Assembly (NCBI GenBank): GCA_044342075.1
Contig: JBIIQM010000004.1
Location: 210-64,209 of the forward strand
Reading direction: 5' to 3'
From: Pirellulales bacterium
Lineage (GTDB): Bacteria > Planctomycetota > Planctomycetia > Pirellulales > UBA1268
DNA: 64,000 nt
Numbering within the stretch: the stretch's first letter is position 1; the number at the start of each line of letters is the position of its first letter. Both the position numbers and the translations under genes were made by a program. The notes below the pieces were generated by a model. The model worked only from the letters and a program-made list of their open reading frames with translations. It made no database searches and was not told the DNA's origin. Shown here piece by piece: positions 57,158 through 64,000 of the stretch.

Positions 57158-58477
57158 ATGCGAATCGTCCAGATCACGGCCGGCGCGGGGGGGCGGATTT
57201 GCGGATCGTGTCTTCACGACAACGCCCTCGTGCGTTCCCTGCGGCGGCGCGGCCGCGATGCCATCCTTGTGCCGGCCTACGTGCCGACGACGACCGACGA
57301 GGAGAACGTCGCCGAGTCACGTATCGTCTGCGGGGGCGTGAACGTCTGGCTGCAGGAGCACGTTCCCCTCTTTCGCCATACTCCCTGGTGGTTCGACCGG
57401 CTGCTCGACCGGCTGCTTGATTCCCGGGGCCTGCTCGAATGGCTCTCGAGCCGCACTGGCGGAACGAAGCCCGCCGACGTGGCCGGCCTCACCGTCTCGA
57501 CGCTCAGAGGCGAGGCGGGGCATCAGCGGAAGGAGGTCGAGAAGCTCGCGCGGTGGCTCGCCCGCGATGTGCGGCCCGACATCGTACAGCTCTCGAACGT
57601 CTTGCTCGTGGGCCTAGCCCGGCGTGTGAAGGAGGCGACCGGCGCGAAGGTCGTCTGCAGCCTGTCGGGGGAAGACATCTTCATCGAGCAGATTCCCGAA
57701 CCGCATTACACCGAGGTCAGAAGCCTGTTGCGCGAACGGTCGGCCGACATCGACCACTTCGTGGCGCTCAATCGATATTTCGCCGACTTCATGCGTGATT
57801 ATCTCGACGTGCCGGCCGAAAAGATTTCGGTCGTGCCGCACGGCATCGATCTCGAGGGATTTCCGGCGCAGCCGCCCGATCTCGTCGCCCGCCGCGCGAG
57901 TCGTCCTGGGAAGTTCGTGATCGGCGCACTCGCTCGGGCCTGCCCCGAAAAGGGGCTCGAGCAGGCCGTGCGTGCGCTAGCGATCGTGGCCCGCACCCAC
58001 GACGTGGAACTCATCGCCGCGGGGGCAACGATTCCGGCGGAGGAGCCTTACCTGCGGCGTTGCCATGCGGTCGCGGCCGAACTCGGGGTCGCCGACAGGT
58101 TTCGCTGGCTCGGCCAAATCGACCGCCCGGGCAAGCTCCGGCTGCTCGACTCGATCGACGTCTTCGCGATGCCCACGATTCATCCCGAGGCCAAGGGGCT
58201 GCCGGTGATCGAGGCGATGGCGGCGGGCGTGCCCGTTGTCGCGCCCGCGCACGGCGCGTTTCCAGAATTGCTCGCGGGATCAGCGGGGGGCGAGCCGGCC
58301 GGCGTCCTGCATGCGCCGGCTGATCCAGACGATCTCGCGAGGGCGATCATCGAAATGCTCAACGACGAAGCGCGGGCGGCGCGGCTGGGCCGCCGCGGCC
58401 ACGAGGTCGTGCGCGAACGGCACACGTTCGACACGATGGCCGCCGGCCACGAGGCGGTGTATGCGGGGTTGAAGTAG
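57158..58477 (+). CDS. GT-B glycosyltransferase (family 1/4-like)
   Basis: ATG at 57158 (MRIVQIT...). C-terminal sugar-donor motif (FAMPTIHPEAKGLPVIEAMAAGVPVVA). Confidence 0.85.
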   Translation: MRIVQITAGAGGRICGSCLHDNALVRSLRRRGRDAILVPAYVPTTTDEENVAESRIVCGGVNVWLQEHVPLFRHTPWWFDRLLDRLLDSRGLLEWLSSRTGGTKPADVAGLTVSTLRGEAGHQRKEVEKLARWLARDVRPDIVQLSNVLLVGLARRVKEATGAKVVCSLSGEDIFIEQIPEPHYTEVRSLLRERSADIDHFVALNRYFADFMRDYLDVPAEKISVVPHGIDLEGFPAQPPDLVARRASRPGKFVIGALARACPEKGLEQAVRALAIVARTHDVELIAAGATIPAEEPYLRRCHAVAAELGVADRFRWLGQIDRPGKLRLLDSIDVFAMPTIHPEAKGLPVIEAMAAGVPVVAPAHGAFPELLAGSAGGEPAGVLHAPADPDDLARAIIEMLNDEARAARLGRRGHEVVRERHTFDTMAAGHEAVYAGLK

Positions 58478-58547
58478 GACAGGCTTCAGCCTGTCATGGA
58501 GCATGGGAAGGTGTGCATTCCGGAAGACAGGCTGAAGCCTGTCCTAC
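58474..58547. repeat. REP-A inverted doublet (REPIN-like) spanning a whole intergenic gap
   Basis: gtaggacaggcttcagcctgtc (58474..58495), a 30-nt spacer, then gacaggctgaagcctgtcctac (58526..58547). Both flanking stop codons (TAG 58475..58477, CTA 58544..58546) are inside the GTAG heads. Confidence 0.93.
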
Positions 58548-59650
58548 AGCCCCAGCGGGAACGGGCTCAGCAGCTCGAGGCCTGTCTCGGTCACGAGATA
58601 GTCGTTCTCGATCCGCATGCCGCACGAGAGTTCCGGTCCGTAGAGCGCGGGTTCCACGGCGATGACGTCGCCCACCTCGAGGATGTCGTTCCAATGCGGG
58701 TTGAGCCGCGGCGCCTCGTGCACCGAAAGCCCGATGCCGTGGCCGAGGTGGCTCGACCACGATCCCACCGGGGCGGTGGCGAGCCACTCCTGCACCCTTG
58801 CATAGAGATCCTGGCATCGGGTGCCGGGTCGCGCCGTCTGCTCCACGAGCTTGAGCGCCCCGCAGACGTGCTCCCACGCGGCGAGCTGGCTGTCCGTCGG
58901 CGCGCGGTTCACCGCGATCGCGCGGGAGGTGTCGGCGAAGTAGCCACGGTAGGCCGGGCCGAGATCGAGGATATACAGCTCGCCCGATTCACAGGGGCGG
59001 CTCCGCGGAGGTCCGCCGCGGACGCCGCAGGCATAATCGTTGCCGGTGCCGGTGAGCATCTCGCCACAGGAATCGACGGCGGCCGCCTGCAGCGCCGAGA
59101 AGACCTCGAGCTCCGTGATGCCCGGCCGGATGATCTCGCGGGCGGTCGCGTACATCGCGCCGCAGGCGTCGATGGCCCGGCGCAGAATCGCCAGTTCGTC
59201 CGGATCCTTGCGGCGCCTGAGCCGCCAAAGATCGGGCTCGATGTCGATGCTCTCGCCGAAGAGCCGCGCGACGTGCGGCGGGCAGGCCGAGTATTCGAGC
59301 CCCACCCGCTTCCAGGCCGGCCGCGCCGCGAGCCAGTCAGCGAGCACGGCCGACGAGGCCTCGCGCTGATCGCTCCGCAGCGTCGATCGCCACTTGGCCT
59401 CGTAGGTGCGGACGTCGTCGGCCGCCGAACGCTCGACGGGCTTGTCCGGGCAGACGAGGAGCACGCTCCCCGCGGCGTCGATCGCAGCGACCGGCGAGAA
59501 CCGATGATCCCAGCGATGGCCCGTGAAGTATTCGATCTGCTCGGGCGCAACCAGGACGGCGCCGTCGAGCCGGTGCTCGGCCAGGCGGTCGAGCAGCCGC
59601 CGCTGGCGGCCGCGGCAGGCTTCGGGATCGAGCAGGATCGTGCCGTTCAT
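58544..59650 (-). CDS. M24-family Xaa-Pro aminopeptidase/dipeptidase
   Basis: Pita-bread fold motifs (YILDLGPAYRGYFADTSR, HLGHGIGLSVHEAP, EPALY, RIENDYLVT). Confidence 0.88.
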   Translation of the reverse strand: MNGTILLDPEACRGRQRRLLDRLAEHRLDGAVLVAPEQIEYFTGHRWDHRFSPVAAIDAAGSVLLVCPDKPVERSAADDVRTYEAKWRSTLRSDQREASSAVLADWLAARPAWKRVGLEYSACPPHVARLFGESIDIEPDLWRLRRRKDPDELAILRRAIDACGAMYATAREIIRPGITELEVFSALQAAAVDSCGEMLTGTGNDYACGVRGGPPRSRPCESGELYILDLGPAYRGYFADTSRAIAVNRAPTDSQLAAWEHVCGALKLVEQTARPGTRCQDLYARVQEWLATAPVGSWSSHLGHGIGLSVHEAPRLNPHWNDILEVGDVIAVEPALYGPELSCGMRIENDYLVTETGLELLSPFPLGL

Positions 59651-59669
59651 GCGGGGAATGCCTCGGCCT

Positions 59670-60467
59670 TCAGTCGAGCTTCGTGATCAGGCTCGAATCG
59701 AACGGCGGGAACTTGGGGTCGAGCCGCTCGAGCGTCTTGCGGACGAGCCGGGCCACCACGAGATTGCGATACCATTTCTTGTCGGCCGGCACGATGTGCC
59801 ACGGCGCGTGCTCGGTGTTGCACTTCGTGAGCGCGTCGTCGTAGGCATGCTGGAAGTCGTCCCAGCGCTTGCGGTCCTCGAGATCGTCGGGGCCGAGCTT
59901 CCACTGCTTCGTCGGATCGCGGAGCCGGTCCTCGAGCCGCTCCCGCTGCTCCTTCCGGCTGATGTGGAGGAAGCACTTCACGAACGTGACGCCGCCGTCG
60001 TGAAGGAGCTTTTCGAAGGCATTGATCTGGTCGTAGCGGCCGTGCCAGACCTCCTTCGGCACCAGCTTCCGCACGCGGACCACGACGACGTCTTCGTAGT
60101 GGGAGCGGTTGAAGATCCCGATCCGGCCGTGCGACGGGATGGCCGCATGCACCCGCCAGAGGAAGTCGTGCGAGAGCTCCAGGGCGCTCGGTGCCTTGAA
60201 GCTCTTCACGTCGAGGCACTGGGGGCTGACGCCGCTGGCGAGCATCCGGATCGTGCCGTCCTTGCCCGACGTGTCGATCCCCTGGAGCACGATCACGATG
60301 GCCCGCTTGGCCTCGGCAAACAGCCGGTAGGCAAGCTCGTCGAGTTTCTCGCAATGACGGCGTGTTTCGGCCTCCGCCTCGTCGCGGTCGAGCCCTTCGT
60401 GAAAATCGGGGTCGAAGTCGGCGAGGCGAACGTCGCGTCCGGCGGGAATGACGAGCGGCTGGTCCAT
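59670..60467 (-). CDS. ppk2: Polyphosphate kinase 2 (single-domain)
   Basis: ATG at 60467. Walker A LQGIDTSGKDGT. FNRSHYEDV, and a lid region (RLRDPTKQWKLGPDDL). Confidence 0.9.
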   Translation of the reverse strand: MDQPLVIPAGRDVRLADFDPDFHEGLDRDEAEAETRRHCEKLDELAYRLFAEAKRAIVIVLQGIDTSGKDGTIRMLASGVSPQCLDVKSFKAPSALELSHDFLWRVHAAIPSHGRIGIFNRSHYEDVVVVRVRKLVPKEVWHGRYDQINAFEKLLHDGGVTFVKCFLHISRKEQRERLEDRLRDPTKQWKLGPDDLEDRKRWDDFQHAYDDALTKCNTEHAPWHIVPADKKWYRNLVVARLVRKTLERLDPKFPPFDSSLITKLD

Positions 60468-60527
60468 GGCAGCAGGAAGTCTACCGCGGCCGCCGAAAAG
60501 TCGAACCAACCGGTCTGCCAGCGGCGT

Positions 60528-60809
60528 TTATTGGCCGGCCGAGTAGAAGATCGCCCGCGAGCTCACCGCACGGTCGCGGCGACGGCGGGGACGCGGCGGG
60601 GCGATCATCCGCGAGTCGAGCAGATCCATCACCATGCGGGCATCGACCGGTTCGCTCGCCTCGAATTCGTCTTCGAACTCGAGCACCTCGGCGATCGGGC
60701 TCACGGGCGTGACGCGAACCACGCACTCACGGCCGCCCACCGTCACGAAGCGGGGCGTGGTCGCAAACGAGACGTTCCGGGCAGGGGCTGTCATCGTGGT
60801 CGCGTGCAT
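60528..60809 (-). CDS. Hypothetical small protein (93 aa)
   Basis: High GC3, same strand as ppk2. No motif recognised. Existence supported by codon bias only. Confidence 0.45.
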   Translation of the reverse strand: MHATTMTAPARNVSFATTPRFVTVGGRECVVRVTPVSPIAEVLEFEDEFEASEPVDARMVMDLLDSRMIAPPRPRRRRDRAVSSRAIFYSAGQ

Positions 60810-61044
60810 GAGTGGGTTCTCCGCAGGGGTGTCGTTCTGAACTCCCTACCTGTGCATTCTGCGCGCCAATTCGTGCACGTGCCGAAAAATACCCGTGGCC
60901 CCCAGGCCAATCGCGCCAGGCCCACTAGCTTCACAAAACGACCGACCTCGGCGGGAACGGTTTGCAACGTCTGGGCAAGCCGGGCCGGCAAGGCGAGCCG
61001 GGAGTTTGAAAAATCTTCCACTGGTTCGGGCAGTGGATGGTGAG

Positions 61045-61214
61045 TCAACTCGCCCAACACGGCTTCGGGCGATCCGTACCCCATCGCCGGACGCTCGCTA
61101 CGGACATCCTGTCCTTCGCTCGCTCGGAGGTGACCGCGCTCCGGCATCCTGCCTGCGCTTGTCACCTACGCCGGCTCTCAGGGCATGGGCAGCCCCGTGC
61201 CTCCACGCTTTGTA
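61045..61214 (+). repeat. Element C, chimeric subtype (I-like left half, II-like right half), fused to REP-A
   Basis: The left 90 nt match 10215.. (tcaactcgcccaacacggcttcgggcgatccgtacccc...). The right half matches the 23128/23365 type (ccggcatcctgcctgcgcttgtca...ccccgtgcc). Confidence 0.85.
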
Positions 61215-61267
61215 GTAGGACAGGCTTCAGCCTGTCTGGATTGCTGACAGGCTGAAGCCTGTCCCAC
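61215..61267. repeat. REP-A inverted doublet
   Basis: gtaggacaggcttcagcctgtc (61215..61236) and gacaggctgaagcctgtcccac (61246..61267). Confidence 0.92.
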
Positions 61268-61276
61268 TTCAGGCAA

Positions 61277-62065
61277 TCAGCCGGCTTGGTCGGCCATGCC
61301 GGGGCCGTTCGAGCCTTCGGCGGCGGTCTGGGCGGGCTGCGCCTTCCGCATGCGGTCGCGGAGCTTCGCGGCGAGCTCGTAGTTCTCGGCGTGCACCGCG
61401 TCGGCGAGCTGCTCGTCAAGCGTGCGGCCCACGTCGTAACGCTGGCGGACGCCCTCGCGCATCTCCTCGAGCCGCTTCACGAGCTCGTCCTCGGAATACT
61501 GCTCGGCGGCGTCGTAGCGGGCAAAGAGCTCGCGGAACCGGTCGAGCCCGCGGTTGATCTCCACGATGGCCGCCTCGGGCCCGCTCTCTTCGAGGATCGC
61601 GAGTGCGCCCGCCTGTACGCGGTGAAAGAGCACGAATGGACGGTATTGCTCGTGCGAAAGGGTCCATTCGTCATCCGGGGAATGCTCGCGCACGAAGTCC
61701 ATGAAGGCGAGGCTGTGGTCGGCGTCCTTGGCGGCCCGGCGGTATTCGCGGAGCGAGAGCCAGCAGATCCGGCGGTGATAAAACTGCACGAATTCGCGGT
61801 CGGCTTCGCCGCACTGCTCGCGCGACAGTTGGAACGAGCCCCCCTCGCGGATCGCCTCGCCGACGAGATAGTCGTAATAGGTCTCGGCGCCGTGGGGCCG
61901 CTGGCCGTCGGGGCGGTGATCGGTCTCCATCTGGAGCACCCCCATGTCGACCCGCATCTGGAGCACCTCGCGGCCGTTGCGGGCCTTGAAGAGCCGTGCG
62001 CTCACTTCCCCAGGCTGAAAATTCCAGCCTTTGAGCACGGAATCGATGTCGCGGGGCGTCGCCAT
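61277..62065 (-). CDS. UvrB/UvrC-motif (UVR domain) containing protein
   Basis: 262 aa. C-terminal LDEQLADAVHAENYELAAKLRDRM is a UVR motif. The rest is of unknown function. Confidence 0.75.
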   Translation of the reverse strand: MATPRDIDSVLKGWNFQPGEVSARLFKARNGREVLQMRVDMGVLQMETDHRPDGQRPHGAETYYDYLVGEAIREGGSFQLSREQCGEADREFVQFYHRRICWLSLREYRRAAKDADHSLAFMDFVREHSPDDEWTLSHEQYRPFVLFHRVQAGALAILEESGPEAAIVEINRGLDRFRELFARYDAAEQYSEDELVKRLEEMREGVRQRYDVGRTLDEQLADAVHAENYELAAKLRDRMRKAQPAQTAAEGSNGPGMADQAG

Positions 62066-62164
62066 GGATCTCGGTCCCTCGGTGTGATTGGCATGACCGG
62101 CGTCAGGCCGGCGATACGGCGAATTATACCAGCCTTTGAAGCCGCCAAGCGGCCTGCGGTCGGT

Positions 62165-62608
62165 TTACTCCTGCGGCCGCCCGCGCAGACGCTTTGTCTC
62201 CGATCGGCGGCGTTTTCCCTCGATCCGCTTGGCGACCGCGGAGCGGGGTTTCTTGGTTTTTCGGCGCGGCTTCGGGGGCACGAGCGCCCGTTCGATGATG
62301 GCGGACAGTTTTGTGAGGCAGTCGGCGACATTCTGCGGCTGGTCGCGATGCCGCTGGCTCGAGATGACGAGCGCGCCGTCTCGAGTGAGGCGGGACTTTT
62401 CCCGCTCGAGCAGCCGGCCGCGAACCGCCTCTGGCAGGTGCGGCGAATGGCGGGCGTCGAATCGCAGGATCGCCTTGCTGCTGGTGCGATTGACGTGCTG
62501 GCCGCCGGGGCCGCTCGACCGCACGAATTGCCACTCGAGAGAGTCGGCAGGAATCACGACGGCGCCGTTGCCGACCCGCAGGCCTCTCGTTCGTGTTGCA
62601 GTAGTCAC
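62165..62608 (-). CDS. arfB: Peptidyl-tRNA hydrolase ArfB (alternative ribosome rescue factor B)
   Basis: GGQ motif (SSGPGGQHVNRTSSK) plus a basic C-terminal tail (KPRRKTKKPRSAVAKRIEGKRRRSETK). Confidence 0.9.
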   Translation of the reverse strand: MTTATRTRGLRVGNGAVVIPADSLEWQFVRSSGPGGQHVNRTSSKAILRFDARHSPHLPEAVRGRLLEREKSRLTRDGALVISSQRHRDQPQNVADCLTKLSAIIERALVPPKPRRKTKKPRSAVAKRIEGKRRRSETKRLRGRPQE

Positions 62609-62811
62609 TCAAACGCCTCCATCAGCGGCAGATTCTACCGGAAAAAGTACGACTGCTTTTTTGGCAATCAGCACATGCGTACACCGCGGCCGGGCCAGCC
62701 CAAACTTCGTCTGGACAGCCCGCGCAGCATCGCCGCATACTTCCCATCCTTCAAGGCGGGCCTTTCGCCGCGGGCTGACCGCGGCCCCGTTCCCAGGAGC
62801 ATTCGCAGAGC

Positions 62812-63636
62812 ATGCTGCAGGCAGCGATCAGTGAACTGACGACGTTCCGCTGGGAACTCGCCGACGAACTCGAGCACCTCGCCCGTCATGGCTTCGACCG
62901 CCTCTCGCTCTGGCGGACCAAGCTCTCCGACCTCGGGGTCGACCAGGCAAAATCGCTTCTCCGCCAGGCTGGCATGCGGGTTTCCAGCCTGCAGTGGGCG
63001 GGCGGCTTCACCGGTGGGGACGGCCGCTCCTTCCGCGAGAGCGTCGCCGACGCCTTGGAGGCGATCGAGACGGCTGCCGAGCTTGATGCCGATGTCTTGA
63101 TCGTTCACAGCGGCTGCCGCGGGGGCCATACGCGGACCCACGCGCACCGCCTCCTCGCCGACGCCCTCGACGTGCTCGCGCCCGAGGCCTTTTCCAGGGG
63201 CGTGACGCTGGCGATCAAGCCGATGCATCCCGTCGCGGCCGCCGGCTGCGACTTCCTCGCCGATCTCGGCCATGCGGCCCGCTGGGTCCGCCGCTTCGAC
63301 CATCCTGCCGTACGTCTCTCGGTCGATCTCTGGCAGTTTGGCCACGATCCCGCGCTCCCCGCGCTGCTCGCCGATCTGGTTCCGCTCACGGCGGTCGTGC
63401 AGGTGGCCGACAGCCGCGGCCTGCCGTCGGCCGAACGCGAGCGGCTGCCTCCGGGGTATGGCTCACTGCGGCTCGAGACGCTCGTGATGTCGCTCGTCGA
63501 GCATGGCTATGCCGGCGACTTTGAGTTCGAACTCGTCGGCGAGACGGTCGAATCGCTTGGCTACGACCAGGTGCTCGGCCAGACTCGGTTCGCTGCCGAC
63601 ACCTGGAGCCGCCGCATCCCCGCCGCCGCCATGTAG
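62812..63636 (+). CDS. Sugar phosphate isomerase/epimerase (xylose-isomerase-like TIM barrel)
   Basis: 274 aa. Pattern of alternating beta/alpha segments with conserved acidic/His residues (LIVHSG, LAIKPMH, DLWQF, EFEL). Family-level call. Confidence 0.78.
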   Translation: MLQAAISELTTFRWELADELEHLARHGFDRLSLWRTKLSDLGVDQAKSLLRQAGMRVSSLQWAGGFTGGDGRSFRESVADALEAIETAAELDADVLIVHSGCRGGHTRTHAHRLLADALDVLAPEAFSRGVTLAIKPMHPVAAAGCDFLADLGHAARWVRRFDHPAVRLSVDLWQFGHDPALPALLADLVPLTAVVQVADSRGLPSAERERLPPGYGSLRLETLVMSLVEHGYAGDFEFELVGETVESLGYDQVLGQTRFAADTWSRRIPAAAM

Positions 63637-63753
63637 GACAGGCTTCAGCCTGTCAAAGTAGGACAGGCTTCAGCCTGTCGGCAGAGAGACAGGCTGAAGC
63701 CGATTTGGGGGCAGGCTGAAGCCTGCTTGGAGGCAGGCTAAAGCCTACCCTAC
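63633..63753. repeat. REP-A cluster (5 units: +,+,-,-,-)
   Basis: Units at 63633..63654, 63658..63679, 63688..63703 (truncated), 63710..63727 (variant) and 63732..63753 (A2 subtype). Both flanking stops (TAG 63634..63636, CTA 63750..63752) are inside GTAG heads. Confidence 0.9.
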
Positions 63754-64000
63754 CGGGGCATCCGCAGGTCCCAGGCCTCGACCCAGTCGGTTTCGAACGG
63801 CTGCAGCTGAAAGTCTTCGCGGAGCCGTTCGTCGAAGTCTTCCATGTGGGCGGCGCCGTAGAAGATCGCGATCTTCCGTTTGCCGGCGGCGACCTCTTGC
63901 CGCAAGACGTCGAGCGCGGCCGCGTTGCGGTCGGTGATCAGCGACGAGCCTTCCTCGCCGCCAAAAGCCGCAGTGAGCACGTCCATGTCGGTGAACTGCT
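63750..64000 (-). CDS. Hypothetical protein, C-terminal fragment (N-terminus beyond the window)
   Basis: The reading frame is open to the window edge. ...KIAIFYGAAHMEDFDERLREDF... No secure family call. Confidence 0.5.
   Translation of the reverse strand, partial: QFTDMDVLTAAFGGEEGSSLITDRNAAALDVLRQEVAAGKRKIAIFYGAAHMEDFDERLREDFQLQPFETDWVEAWDLRMPR

Noticed and set aside
63633-63753. An array of five ~22-nt repeats that superficially resembles a mini-CRISPR. The same applies to 10383..10457 and 38445..38519.
   Set aside because: The spacers are only 3-10 nt and irregular, the units occur in both orientations, and the same unit is dispersed at many loci. These are properties of REP/BIME clusters, not CRISPR.

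Overview
GC-rich bacterial chromosomal segment with about 55 protein-coding genes and no rRNA, tRNA, CRISPR array, transposase or integrase that I can see. Most genes are housekeeping: dapF, dnaA, nadK, dxs, ispA, xseB, xseA, cbiX, prc, ruvX, manC, metK, waaA, secA, trpD, mnmG, ppk2 and arfB. Many neighbours overlap by 4 nt (ATGA or TTGA), which indicates long co-directional operons. The gene repertoire includes an FHA-GAF regulator, an ECF sigma/anti-sigma pair, PQQ-like propellers, a eukaryote-type UDP-sugar pyrophosphorylase, and dnaA without dnaN. This looks Planctomycetota-like, but that is inference only. The most unusual signal is non-coding. Almost every intergenic gap at gene 3' ends is built from a small set of interspersed repeat modules. 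There are two GTAG-headed REP-like hairpin families (A: GTAGGACAGGCTTCAGCCTGTC; B: GTAGACCGCTTCGTCCCGAAGCGG). There is a ~170-nt structured element (C) that is always fused to REP-A. There is also a ~135-nt element (D) and an ~83-nt palindromic element (E). The TAG or TAA stop codons of about 11 genes lie inside the GTAG (or GTAA) head of a REP unit. Coding modules that deserve follow-up: an unknown 174-aa protein translationally coupled to an SNF2 ATPase; a helical 151-aa protein plus an adenylate-forming enzyme; a tightly coupled ALDH / Fe-ADH / beta-propeller / YjbQ / PLP-decarboxylase operon; and a tiny membrane ORF ATGA-coupled to the UDP-sugar pyrophosphorylase. All functional calls come from motifs read in the supplied translations. 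No database search was possible.
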